This document shows positions 1 to 14,747 of a DNA stretch of 64,000 bases, one piece after another. The notes beneath the pieces were generated by a model. It saw only the letters and a program-made list of their open reading frames with translations. It had not been told where the DNA came from and made no database searches. The stretch is taken from assembly GCA_003344405.1 (NCBI GenBank), contig NOWV01000209.1, positions 1 through 64,000 on the forward strand, read 5' to 3'. The first letter of the stretch is position 1. Every line of letters begins with the position of its first letter. Source of the stretch: Trichoplax sp. H2. Taxonomy: Eukaryota. A program made the position numbers and the translations under genes.

Positions 1-404
1 CATGAGTCATAGTTAATACAATTAACATTAGAATCATTTACTGAATTAGATATTAATTTTAGCTACTGCTCCCTTAATGCAGACAACAGTATTTACGAAT
101 ATAGACATGTAATGACTAATACAGAATAGTCAGATTACGATATGTCCTATCACGGAACATTTCCATGATAATTTACAGTCTACCATAAGTAAATTACAAT
201 CACAATGATTCGAACTGTAAGCAGATGATTTGCATTCCCTATTATAACTATTAATTTCAGTATGTGTATAAGTGTCACTGTCATAAAAAGTCAGTGCTAT
301 ATTAAAACACAGTATATCCAAATTAGAAGTTAACTAAATAAGGATAGTCTAATAGAATTATCCTAACATAGATATTTCTACTGTAATACAGTATTTAACA
401 CTGT
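1..404. repeat. Inverted-repeat copy 1 (about 400 bp; may extend beyond the window)
   Basis: Aligns by eye as the reverse complement of 9032-9434, with scattered substitutions. Confidence 0.9.
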
Positions 405-894
405 AACAACACCATAGATTTTCTTTTGCCTGTTCTAAGTAAAACGAATCCATAATATTATTTCGATACTAAATTATTTCTATCTTCGAAAACAGAGTCA
501 TACAACACGTTCATTTTCGTTATATTAAATGCAATACTTATGATTAAGAACTGTACCCTATGCTTCAGTTACGGGAATAGGTTCACAATTTTATTTTAAA
601 ATTGTAGCTATTTATTTCACTGAAAATAGATTTAGATATAATTGCGATAGAATTCACTAATCTAGAAATAGTTACGAAGTAATTTCCTATACCTTCACAT
701 AGTATAGGTCGATTAAATTTAAAGTTTAACACAATGCTGGTACAAAGGCTTCCTTTATAAATAGAAATAGAGTTTTTACTATTTAGTATATCGTAGTATT
801 TAATTTTTATTTGAACACATGTACGCCTAATATCGTATGTAATCGTAATAAATTGTTAACTTCATTATAATATCATTTTTTTAATGACTCTTAG

Positions 895-3800
895 TGACCT
901 CAGCTATAACAGAATCGACTATATTGCTTCCAATTCGTTTTCTCAAGCTCTAAATTTGCGTAAACTGTTTGTATCATTTCTAATTAGATAATTCTAATTT
1001 ATCGATCATTTAGACTACCTTTTAATAGTTCTAGAAACTAGATATTGATAGTCCTTCTTTCATCATTTTATAATTGACCTCTTTCTTTTTGTCTTAATTA
1101 GTTTCCTAACGCAAAACTACTTAACCGAAATATCAAGCGGAATGTTTGCAGATCTGAAAAGCCTTCAATCCCTGTCAGCATCTAGTTTGAAATCTTTTGA
1201 ACCAAACATTAGAATGGATATTTAAAATCATCTGTATCATCTAAGCATGCAATCTCATCTAGTTATAAATTCTATCTACGACCAGTCTATGGAGTAGGAC
1301 GTAAAAACACCCAGATGCAATCAACCATAGTTTAGATTCTCACTGCACTAAAAATATTAATCATCCTGCAAGTCTACAACATTAACAATATAAACTTGTC
1401 TTCATGATTTAGATTATGTTTCTACTTTGCTATCATTAACTATGTAGTACAGTAGCTTATAAGAAGATAATATTTCTGCTATGTATTAAAACTTACGCTT
1501 ATATCTATGCAGCGTAAATCCTAACTATACATATTACATTCTATTTAGTAAGCTCGATCTGAATTCTATCACAGCCATTCAATCTGAGTCCTTCAACGGC
1601 ACTACTAGATTGCGTTCTTTGTAAGTATCAATGTAAATTTTTTCCAACGTACAGTATAGCATTAATAGATGGCTAAAAAATAAATGCCGATATTCTTAAT
1701 TGATATCGATTTATACTACGATGAGAGTGTGATAAATCATTGTGTTATTGCTATATTTTAATCTAATTTAGATTCTTACCTTGCATATACACTAGTACAA
1801 TTTCATTCTACCAAGCGATGATTGCCGTGTTATATAGGTTATATAGTATTATATTAGACACTAGATAACGGTTTTGAGTTTATCCAACAATTTGATTTAG
1901 ATATTTGCAGTCCAACAAGCTTACTGATATCAGTACTAATGCCTTTCATGAACTCAAATCCTTACAGACCTTGTAAGTTCACGGGCGATTGAACTAGTTT
2001 AAATAAATTAGAATCCAGGTATGATAGCATTTATCTTCAGGCTTTTAACCTTTTCAATTTACATGCACAGAGATTTAACGGATAACAACATAACTAGTCT
2101 TAATCCGTTCCAGAACTTAACATCGTTGATGTTCCTGTAAGCAGTATGGATTAATTCCCCTATATTTTCTTTACTCAAATGTTCAAATTGATATTTTTAG
2201 TATAAACTTCCACTTTTGTTATTCTTTAGCATTTTAGATGAAAATGAAATCGAAATTGTCCACAACTACATCTTAAAAAATTTAAGAATACTTCAAACTC
2301 TGTAAATATACGTTTTCTGAGTTAATTCTTAATTGGAGCTTAAAAATAAGTGCAAGCTTGACAGCAAGAATGGCAATATTGAATAAGATTTTTTTCCATA
2401 TTCAGATCGCTCGCTACCAATAAAATTGCTACCATCAAATCCAAAGCTTTTTCAGGATTGAATCAGTTAAAATCCTTGTGAGTGTATCAAAATAGGAAGA
2501 TTCTAATGAAAGAAGCAATATTCCGTCCACAAAAGTATCGTTAGCGTCTATGATTTAAAGTATTTCAGAGTAAAAAAATAACCAAACTGCCTTATATGAA
2601 TCGCTTACATACGAAAAAAGGCAGATAAATTTCCTAACCTAGAGATCCAATAATGTCCATTTTCCTCTTACGATAATTATTATATAGTAGTCTAATGCCA
2701 TTGCTATAAATTCAGTGAAACTCTGAATGAATCCATTAATGCCTGCAATCACTACTCGTAGTAGAATTACAAAAGCTATAAAGTTGGCAGAGAATAAAAT
2801 GCTACATAATAGAGGAGCTCAGCTAACTTTGTATCTGAAAACGCTGACAGAAAATTTACCATTATAACTATAAATCAGAGTTTCGATCATATTGACACTA
2901 AACCCTAATATTGCTAGCTACATGCAAAATTGTCTCATTAAATGCCAAAAAGATGCAAACGAGGCTCTTTGCTATTAGATTTTAAATGTAAAATTTGAAA
3001 TCAGGCCTTGAATAAGATTAATATCCTCTTGTAAACAAAGAACATAAGACTGCATATAATTGTTTTTTTATTGCAGACAACTTGATGGTAATCCATTACA
3101 GAGTATCTATGAATTGAATTTGCCGGAAGGAATAGCCTTAAAAACTTTGTAAATATTATTAAATGATTAATTATAAATGCAATTTAATAATGATCAGGAA
3201 TGTGATGGTGCAATATAAAATTAGGGGACTATCCAACGCTAGAATACGAAAACTTAAACGCCACAATTTTATCAACAGCAGCGTGACTATCGATATCCTG
3301 TAAGTAGATTTAAATTGACTTTATTACTATTCTCATAAGCGAGAAATTAAATCCTAAATCGAGGCATTTACTGGTAATAAATAGTAATAATTATGATTAA
3401 AGTTTGAATCTACCTAATTATTGTTCATAAATAGTAATAACTTATGGTCATAAAGAAAACATGAACATCAATAGAAAAATAAAATGTAATAGTACAGATT
3501 GACAGCTAATTCTGCTTATTCTAATCTATCGATGATCATTAGGGACTTTTCCAATAATCTAATACAGATTTTACCCGATTTTACGTTTTATTATCCGCAA
3601 AAGTTGTAAGTCAATGTCATTTTGAACCGTTAAACAATATCAAATCTGGTAGCCAGGCAATGAGCTAGAAATATGATATATTTCCAGAACTTTCTGTCTT
3701 TACATTTAAATAAATAGTTACAGGATATGAGCAAAACAAATTTTCTTATTCTAGACCAATATGGCTTTTAATTTATTTTGCTTCAATTTAGGAATCTATC

Positions 3801-6800
3801 TTACAATCAACTTTACAGTCAATATCACTCGAATTTTAGCATTCAAAGCTCACTAACACTCTTGTAGGACTAATTAAATTCGATACGCACCATTTTCCTA
3901 TACCATATTAATGATCCATTTTTATTAGTGAGCATAAATATCTGGCCATTTTTATTCCAAAATATTTATCTTGAACAGAGACTTAACAGGAAATAAGTAT
4001 GAGGAAATTGATGGACATTTATTTATTTCTCTAAAATTCCCTACAAAACTGCAATCGCTGTAAGGAAACAAGTTTATACGATCATATAAATATTATAAAT
4101 CATTTTTTGACATTAGCTGTAGCAATTCCTGATACAAGAGTTAATAATCTAGTCAGAACTTCCTGTTATTTATTTTTTGTGAATCTTAAGTTGAAACATT
4201 AATTTTAATACTAAATTCCTAACATAAAATAACAGATATTTATCAGCAAATCGTTTACATGCAATTCACCAGGAGACCTTTTCTAAAATACACCAAATTC
4301 GATTCTTGTATGTATTTAACTAATTCCTAACATCTATACTAAGAAATGATATTACATTAACTATATTTCCGTCAACGGTAAATGTTTTAAATATTGTAAA
4401 TCTACTAGATATAATCATAAATTACTATCAATTAATGAAAAGTAGTAAACTGTATATGATATTCAAATCACATCATTCCTAGAAGAGTGATCATTATTGC
4501 AACTTACGTTAAAGTAATGATTAACTATTAATATCTTAGATACATAAACGGGAATAAGCTAAAGGATTTAAGGTTCATTCAATTACTGCCACAGCTTAAA
4601 ATTTTGTAAGTTTTTTTAGATCTAAAGACATGGATGCTCCTGCTTTAGTAAATAAGCAACTTTGTCTGTCAATAATGATAGCTTGCCATATCAAAAATAT
4701 GCTGTAGATTAATGACAGTAAGCTCAAGCCAATCAAATAGCATGGTATAAACGAACATTTGAGCTACTATAAGCGAGTTGTTGAAGAGACTGTCTATATA
4801 AATTTGTTATTGTGAGCTTATGTTAGTATACCATGAAAAATAGCTTCAATTAATCTAGATATTACAGTATTAGCGTAGTTTAAGTAGTAGAATATAAAAA
4901 ATTTATCGCAATTAGATTAGATTTAATTAAATATTATTATGCTCTTCTATTCTTTAAACAAGATCGCTACAGAACAACGAGATTTATGACTTAAATAAGG
5001 AAGACTTCGCCAATTTAACTCAATTAAATGAATTGTAAGTCCACGAAATTATTATTATTCTAATCGTATTTTCCGAAGTTTAATAGAAGTCGTACATTTG
5101 CTGAATTGAATAAAAACTATTCATTATAGTAGCTATACATCTGATCACTATAACTAAAAAGTTGATTAGCTAACAGACTGCAAGTCTCATGAGTTTTATC
5201 AATATGCTACTATAGAAAAAGTTTAAATCCTAATAGATTCATTTCAGCATTGCTTTATTAGATTGAATGCTGCTTCAGATAGCAAATTGTTCTCTATTTA
5301 TACTCTAATTTTAGATATTTAGGAAAAAACAAGATTACAAGACTAACTCAAAACTATTTTGCTAATACTAAATTGACATCGTTGTAAGAAATTTATTTAA
5401 ACGAAAGTAGTATTCTCCTTGGAGGTCTTATTTACAATTTAAGAATATGTAGACTACAAATCAGCCGTAACAGAAAAATTGCTTTTCAATTTTGATCTAG
5501 GTCTCTAGAAAACAACCTTATATCTGTAATTAAAAGCGAATTTACCGAAATACTTTCTTTAAAATCCTTGTATGTATGGAAATGATCCTAATCTATTTAT
5601 TATAAATAAGTGTAAATACTGCAAATCTCAATGGCATGGCGATGCAAAATAATATTATATTACAACATTAATGCCTTAAGTAATCTAAGTAGCATTATTT
5701 AAATGCAATGTAATTGAAATTAGTCAATCAAATTTGAGATTTTAATTTCCATAAAGCAGTATATAAAGTGCTACTGATGATTATTTAAATAATATTTATA
5801 AAGAGGTTTTAGTATGTAATCACTTATGGTAGAACTTGCTCAATAATTAAATATTAAACCTATTATGAAGGAACTTAAATAATAACCACCTTCAAGCCAT
5901 AACAGAGCTATTTAAGACAGAATTACCAGCCCTAAAATATTTGTGAGTTATTATCTTTTCTACGTACGCATCTCTTGAAAATTTCAATGCGTTTGATAAT
6001 AAGTATCTCTACTGTAATACCTATTTGCGAGGAATCTATTTCGTTTTCTTTCAGCTATGTAAGACATAACGGCATTACATCCTTCAAAGATGTTAATATC
6101 TGGAATGTAAAGGCACTTCAAGTTATGTAAGTTACGATATTGTAGGTATATTATATTGTTAGAATCTTTAATCTGTTAATATTGTTGGTAAGTGTTCTGT
6201 TAAATTTATAATGTTTCAGTAGATTTTTAAAAAGCCATCACTATTGCAATCTAATTCCAGAGTTAAATTCTGGTAGATATTATACTACTCTCATTCTAAT
6301 TAAATTGTTCATTTAGAGATCTTTATGGAAATAAGATTAAATATATTGAAAATCTCCATCCTCTACTACTAGACAAGCTGTAGGTTATCTAATATAACCC
6401 AAGTTCTAGTATTAATTCATTTGCGGGCTCCAAAATAAGAGCAAAATTATTATTGCCTCAGACTGAAAGCTATAATTGATCTGATGTTACCAAGGAAGAA
6501 ATATTCTAAGTGTATTTTATATTATATATATAAGGAATCTAGGAGAAAACAGGATACAGGAACTATCTTGCTCTGAATTTCCATCTAGCATTCTAGATCT
6601 GTTAGTATATCGATTTTAATCATTTTTAGAGAAGTAACTGCTTAATTTAGTATTATTAAATATCAAAATAGGTATAAGTAAATCAAATTTAAGCTTCAGC
6701 ATAACATTTAATCATTAACAAATTCCTATAACCCTTTTTATTGAAAGAGACTTGAGCAGAAACAACATTTCAAAAATTAACCCAAACTGTGATGTCTATT

Positions 6801-9800
6801 TGAATGTTATTAGTGAACTGTAAGCCAATTTATTTTACAATTTAATATGTTTAATGAAACAAGCTCTAAATTATGTGACTAATCTTTCCATATGATACAA
6901 CCAATACTAATATACACCAATACAGAAACCTAAATTATAATGATCTGACGGCGCATGGTATTAATATTCAAACTGAAATTGTCGATAAAATGTCAAACGT
7001 ATATTCATTGTAAGTAGAAATATAGTAGAATTTGATCATATTTTAACTAGCTGCGACCTAATACTCATTTAAAACTTCGTAATTGCGAATCTAATAATTA
7101 AATTGTGGGTCTATTCCCTTGTCCGTTTAATACGGATTGCTCGGATATTTTTATTTTAGCATCTTAAACATAATTGCATAGTTTGGCATATTCGGAAATA
7201 AAAGTTACTATAGATCAAGAAAATATCATTTATCTGTTAGGAGAGATAACTTTACTCGCATATAATGTGTCAGAAGTACCCATATAACTTAGCAATAAAT
7301 CTTCTTATTATCATGAGAGATTGTTTTATTAACACTGTCTAGAATCTTGGAATCTAACAGCACTTAATGTATTAAATTTACAATCCGGAAGTATATTTGA
7401 TGCAAAATGCCTTGTTAAGAGATTCTTTTAGCTAGTATAAATAAATTACTCAAATATCACCTATTATGATAGCCTAAATGAGCTCATTTCTACATAATTT
7501 TTTAATTAAGTATAAAATTTCATTTCATAGAAAATTAGCTGGCAATGATATTACTGGATTGCCTAAACAGAATTCCAAGTATTTCCTAGCAAATTTGTCA
7601 GTGCAATTATGGATTCCAAAGGCTTCCCATTAATGTTACCTAAATCTAAATTATTTTATCATACCTAGTATCTCGTTACAACATTTGTGAATAACGAAAA
7701 ATTTAATTGCTAAAATAAATCTATATAATCATCCTAACTTACTCCTGTTCTATAGACAAAATTATTTAAGAATTTTCAAATATCCACTTTTATAGCTAAT
7801 CTTTTTCTTTTAACTGTCTCAATATTACAGAGATGTTAGCAGTAATCCGTTGACCCTAACAAATGCTTTAGAATTAATATCAAAGAACACCCAGCAAAAT
7901 TTGTTACACCTGTAAGAATTTCCTAAATATTATCGAGTATAAATGAGCATTAGATATTTACAATGCCAGCATTTTTATTTAAAAGTCTATTTTATACATA
8001 CCACCAATAATCACCAGTATTTGATACTACAATGATTTTACTTTTCTCATAACTAAATAAACATTAGCATGATCAGATACAACAAAGCCGAAATAGTATG
8101 ATTTATATTTGATCGAAATTAATTTCAATTCCTTCAATGGCGAAAATACTGCACAGAAATCGTATCTAAGTCCTCAATTAAATAACAAAACCTACATCAA
8201 TGTTTGCTAGTCCTTATTTTCAAAACACGAGAATTGGATGCTTCTTTACTATTTCGCCAGAACGTAGATAATCTTTTAAAAATAATTGTAATAACGATAT
8301 TTTTGATGTTTTCCTCCGGTATAGCCATTTCTTGATTACCATAAAATGAAAATCTATACCGGACCATAACTATTATCTTATTTTTATTCTATTAATGAAA
8401 TCAGCAACTACATGATGCCAATCTTATCGTTGCCTTTCTGAGTTTTTGCATCAATAATATCCGTTTATGATTTATTATTAACTATAAGAGTATTAATAGA
8501 TATTTATATAAAACAAATTTGCAATTAAGATCATTTTTCCGTTGAGCTTATCCTTTTAGCTAAGAACAATAACTGCTACTTATGAACACTCAGCGACAAA
8601 CTTTCCTTTAGTATTTTGAGTTACAAAGTCATAAAATACTGAGAAGAGCATATTAGTGAAAAGTCACTTACTAAGAAATACGATTTATATTCTATCTAAC
8701 TATAAGAGCGGCTTCCAAAAATACTATTAATTACCATGTAAAAGATTACAATAACGATATTTTATGTTTTCACTTATCTAGGAACATAAATAATTGCAAT
8801 TTTAGTAGCATTCCCAAGGATACATTTCGTCCTTTTCCAAACTTAAAAACCTTGTAAGCTGATTTCCAAATCAAACATTGCGCTAAACATAGAATCGTAT
8901 CATTTTACAGAGTAAACTAAATGCTTCTAAATGCTAATCAATTCATGGTTTGTCTATTATGAATTTAAGTAACAATTACTAGAAGGAAGAAACCGATCAT
9001 TTAAATTTAGCGTTACTTAAACCTTCTTGAGACAGTGTTACATACTGTATTAGAGTAGGAATATCCATGTTAGGATAATTCTGTTAGCCTATCCTTATTT
9101 AGTTAACTTCTATTTCGGATATACTATGTTTTAATATAGCACTGACTTTTTATGACAGTGATACATATACACATACTGAAATTAATAGTTATAGCAGGGA
9201 ATGCAAATCATCTACTTACAGTTCGAATCATTTTGATTGTAACTTACTTATGGTAGATTGTAAATTATCGTGGAAATGTTCCGTGATAGGGTATATCGTA
9301 ATCTGATTATTTGTATTAGTCATCAGATGTCTATGTTCATAAATACTGTTGTCTGCATTAAGGAAGCAGTAGCTAAAATTAATATCTAATTCAGTGAATG
9401 ATTCCAAAGTTAATCTTGCTAACTATGGCTCATGAACTATTGAGGAATAGTATATAAATTCAGTATATCGTGTAATAAAGAGGATTCTCAAACTTAGTGT
9501 TTAACGTAAAATACGAGGGGTTTAAGTCTTTGTGTAGTCTGCTAGTAGAGCAAAAGTGTTTCTGATAGTGCAGATATCGTTCCTTGATACGTGGTTCAAG
9601 GAATTGACTTATTGATCGTACATTACGTTATCTTGTTGCAAAGCTGTTTTGTGACACTTCTATTTGCGATATATGTTATCAATACATGGCTAAATTTTAC
9701 AGAATTTCTATTAAATTAATCGAAACGATAATTATAGATTCATGAACAAAAATAATATAAGATCGTTAGATCTATCTGATTTAGCCAGAAATGTTGGTCT

Positions 9801-12800
9801 ATTACTAACAGAACTGTAAGCATTTATTGAACAAAGCTAGAAACTATACTAATATACTAAGTAATACAACGTAAATATAACTGAAACCAATTTAAATTAA
9901 TAAATCTGACATAGTAGTCAATTATCTTAACATAGAGTAGCTCTGATATTGACAGAGTAAAGATTTTTAATTAATATTTAAGAGAAGCAAAAGTGATTAA
10001 GTTTTTTATTCGGCTACTAAAACTTTCAGTTTATATAACAGACAGATAGCTGGTAACAAAATACCCAATTTAACATTTTCATCAAAGATCCAATTTGAAT
10101 CTATAATATCATTGTAAGTTTATCATCTACCTATGACTGCTATGTTACTAATTATGTAATGACTAAAGTTATATGTGATCAAGACCTAATAAAAACATTT
10201 TAGTTATTAATATAGCTGTATTATTTGAAGGTTACTTTAATTTTTGCAGTCGATATAATATTTTATCAGATAAATGGTAACTTGTTCTTTTACGAAACTT
10301 TAAAAATATTTGAAGAATGTTTTCATGGATTTTAAATATGGAAACTGCTGCAATTATATTGTAAATGCATCTGGAGATATATTACTCTTTCGATACTTTA
10401 ATGGCAAAACACATGAACAGAAGACTGATTCAAGTTAACGGAAATAATTATATTCCACTTATTCTTGTATATTTAGAAACATTTCCAGCAATAAGCTATC
10501 AACAATTTGTCGTCAAAATCTAGGAATATACTTTCCATATCTCGTGAAATTGTAAGAACACAATAAAACTAATCAATTATTTGATAATTTAAAATCCATA
10601 TTTGAAAGTCTTGTTTAAAAATTATTCGACATGCATTAATAGATAATGATAGGTTTATAGTTTTTCTCTTGCATAAGAGAGCATCAAAATTAACTGATTG
10701 CTGTCAATAAACTACGTTGAGATTTAATTAGTAGCAATCAAAGCCAAGCAATAGAATTAAGTCTGACATGAGATGATACATGTAAAGTGATAGAAAATTT
10801 ATGAAACAAAGATTCAAATAGATTCATCACTTTAATGTTTGCTGTTACTATCTTCTATGCATTCTCAACATAAGCAACGTCTTTAAATGATATAATCACT
10901 GTTCGTATGCGTAAATGTTTATAGAGACATCAGATACAACACTATTAACTCCGTAACTCCCAGGTGTTTTAGAGGACTTCTTCGATTAAAAGAGTCGTAA
11001 GTAAAATTTAGCAATATCGATAACTCTATCTAACAATTTGATCTACGAATAGCATATACTGATAATTTTTGATGAAGTATCATCATTACATTATTCCAGT
11101 TTTTATTTCGCTACGATTGAAATCCATTATTAAAGTAATAATATCAAAAGGGCATCGTTCGGTGTTGTTATTTTAATTAGAATATAATCTAGAGCTGAAA
11201 GTATTTTCATTTGCAGAGACCTTTTGTCATACTGATTAGTATCGCATGGAGGTCACTTTCTGTATTCGCTAATTAAATAGTTACAGTTAATTTCTATTAA
11301 GTGATTTCTGCTTTTCTTTACGTCATATCCGAGGTACATGCAAGGAAATCATTTGGCTTATATCACTACTAAATCCTTTTTTGGACCTCCAAACTTAAAT
11401 ACAATGTATGCATATGTTGTATTATTAATCACATAACAAACTTTTTGAAACTGCTGACCAAACTAATGGATGATTCATAATCATTGCAAGAATTATATAA
11501 AATGCTAAAATAGACTCTTTATCTATAGGTTACTCTAAAAATTCCTCTTTAAATAGATGTAGCTTTATTCTTCTACTTACGCAAACAAAACGATTGACGG
11601 AAATTTCAGAATTAGAACTAAAATTTATACTTATACTATAATTACTCCACGTTTGATTATACTGGAAATTATCTAATTACTACATTGATTTCTAAATTTC
11701 GGTTAGAGTTACCATAATTATTTTAAAATTGTCACTGGTCTATATGTAGGCTTCTCAGTCATACTTACGAAGTAATAATTTATACACAAACGACTATAAT
11801 AGTCTATGGTTATACTAATAGTAGCTTTACTTACGGATGCTGTTTTGAACATACTATACAATAAGATGTGCAGAACATTATTATTTACGAAGGCTATCAT
11901 TACCTAGCGTTGTATTGAATAAAATGAACAGTATAATTAATCCTCTAGTAAATTTGTGATCTAAACGAATTCAAATTACTGCAACGGGAATCTTTGATCC
12001 ATTACCATCATTTGCTTTAAAGGAAATTGAAATAGTTTCAATCATATTCTCATTTATCCAAATTTCTAATTTGGATTCAATTTCTTGTCTACTTATTAAC
12101 TACCATTCCTATTATTCCAATGATAGCTTAACTGGCCGTGATTATTTATGCTGCATGGTACCCGCTAAAGTTAAAACCTGCATTCCAACCATGAATTCAG
12201 AAACATTATCATCCTGTCAACAACTCTTAGCTCATAGCTCATTGCAGGCATTTATTTGGATTATTGGTAGCCTTGCTTTAATAGGTAATCTCATCGTATT
12301 AATTCAAAATTATTCACAAAAGCGACAGAGCAGAAGTCATATAGCAATATATTTGGTCAACAATCTTGCCATATCAGACCTTCTGATGGGCTTCTATCTA
12401 CTTATCATCGCCATCGCGGATATAGTCCTTTCTGTAAAGATTTATGGACCAATTTCTGAATCATGGCTATTACATCCTTTATGCTATTTAGCTTGTAGTT
12501 TGGTGATTGCTTCTAGCTATACATCGGTTTTAATCATGGTTATTATTACCGTTGATCGCTATATCAGCATAGTCACTCCATTTTCAAACCGCCAATTTAC
12601 GATGAAATTGGCTTATACTCTCATGACTGCCGTATGGTGTATAGGAATTATTTTTTCAATTCTACCTACTTGGTTTAGCGTCCAGCAACCAGGCTACTTA
12701 CGCATTTATACCTATAACAGCATGTGTATGCCGAACAACTATGAAAATATTTATTACATGATATGGATGATTTGGTATTTACTCATTACCTTCATAGCTT

Positions 12801-13066
12801 GGATCATCATGATTGCGTTATACTCTCGTATTTATGCCTCAGTAAGATCAAGCGCTAAACGTGTTCAAAGATCGTCAACGAGAGAAAATAAAATCCTAGC
12901 GATACGTTTATCTTTCATATTACTATCCGATTTATTGTGTTGGCTACCTTATTACTACGTTAATCTAGCAGGTTTAATTGAAATTGGCAGGGTGGATGTT
13001 ATTACATTACAGTTCATTGGCATTTTTACATTACCGATCAATTCTGCAGTTAATCCATTCTTGTAA
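895..13066 (+). CDS. Leucine-rich-repeat GPCR (LGR/relaxin-receptor-like). Multi-exon, 5' end probably upstream of the window, possibly disabled.
   Basis: I read 31 intact AG..GT exons of about 63-85 nt, all phase 2-2, each encoding one LRR. Examples: 895-966 DLSYNRIDYIASNSFSQALNLRKL; 1901-1972 YLQSNKLTDISTNAFHELKSLQTL; 4963-5034 SLQNNEIYDLNKEDFANLTQLNEL; 8783-8853 NINNCNFSSIPKDTFRPFPNLKTL; 11334-11405 YMQGNHLAYITTKSFFGPPNLNTM. The terminal exon from 12127 encodes the hinge (YLCC..C..SSCQQLL) and the 7TM domain. Confidence 0.9.
9032..9434. repeat. Inverted-repeat copy 2, intronic in the LRR-GPCR
   Basis: Reverse complement of 1-404 (e.g. gcactgactttttatgacagtga vs tcactgtcataaaaagtcagtgc). 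Confidence 0.9.
12127..13066 (+). CDS. Terminal exon of the LRR-GPCR: hinge plus rhodopsin-type 7TM domain
   Basis: Motifs GNLIV, NLAISDLLMGFYL, ITVDRY, SMCMP, SDLLCWLP and LPINSAVNPFL* are typical of RXFP/LGR receptors. Acceptor TAG ends at 12126. Confidence 0.93.
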
Positions 13067-14747
13067 TCTTTGACTAATGTTGATAACCTAAAAAGAATAT
13101 TTTGCGTCGGCCATAATCGCGTCCATACCTTGCGATAGTACATAGGTATAATAAAGATTTATTGATGAAGCAGTTCCGATTCTCATTTTTCAATACAATG
13201 GCTATCTAATACTCCAACATTATGAAGATACAATAACATTTTAACTGGTAATATTCGTTTCTTTTACTCTTTACTTGCAGTAATTTAGCGTAAGGCCTGT
13301 ATGGTTTAGAAGTAGCCTTTATTAGGCTATGAGATTATGTTACGAGCTAGGAATAGCCCTAACTTGCAACAAGGATAGAGAGAGTGATTTCTACCCTTTA
13401 CTAGTGTTATTTGGGTTACCAGCCAATTGATATTCCAAGGCAGATAGGATTTAACATAGGGAGACCTTCAAGCCTACTAGAAAATCATAATCTAATTTAT
13501 TGTCGGCGAACTCGCCGTTTATATAGGTTTCGGACCTAAAGCCGGTTTAGCTACACAAGTCACCTCGTCTATTAGAAATTAACCAAATCAATGCCCTGAA
13601 GAGATTCTATCTGTAAAGATTAGCTACCGTCCAATCCTTTTAAATTTACTGTAACAATATTAAAATAATCAATGCTTATTAATAGTTTAACAGATACATA
13701 TAAAGCTATCCTACTAAGGCATTTCCTCTAAACTTAAGAATTGTACTTTGAACCTTAACAACTTGGAGGTGATGGATATAATCCAGTTTAGCTGGTTGGC
13801 AATTACTATTTTAGTCTATATAATCTTAAATTAAGGATATCAACTGCTAACCACGAGAATTACAATTAAGGAAACCGTAAAATATTTCTTAGATATAAAC
13901 ATGTATAGAACGTAACATAGACATAAAGTATACGTCAGGAAGATTACATTCGTTACAGATTATTATCAAGCAAATAAAGTAACTTTTCCTGACCCTTAAT
14001 TGCCTAGATGAAAAAATTAGAATTAGATTGATATATGATCACTTATGTGTTAAAGTAAAATATTATGATATTGGATATCTTGTATTAAAGTATTACAATA
14101 TCTTATATTATCATTCATGATATAAAGAAATATTAGAAGTGTTAGGCTAACCAATAATTTACTAGATGATAAGACGGTAATAGTAATGAGCTATGATTAC
14201 GAATAAAATTGTTAAGAATTGGATGCTAGTGGTCTACTTGTCAAATATAAAAGCTGTCTAAGTAAATAAATTAATAGAAAGGGAGAAGTAAAATTAATTT
14301 TGCATGTCTTCTATCCCTGTGTTAGCTTAGATTTTGCTACGTTAGGTGATTAGGGTTTATCTATTAATGATAGCGGAGTTCTTTAGGAAAAAGCATCTGG
14401 CATTATAGTCGACCATAGTACATATGTATTTAATTATAAAATAATGGTAGATTAGCAGCGAAAATTTACATAGTATAGAAGACAGTTTTGAACGCAATTA
14501 CGGCTACGAAACTAACAAGTCACCTAATGATAATCGAATTATTGAAGACTAAATTGATTTAAAAATTTTGATTAAAATTTTGAAATTTAATAGTAAACAT
14601 TATATTGGAGACTACAGCAATATAATATATCGATTATGATTAGTACATGAGGCTACTAAATTGTACATTTAAGTCTTGTCCATTTTCATCAGAAAGTAAT
14701 TAATTTTAATCAATATAGAAACGTAGCTGACAGAAGTAATTATATTT

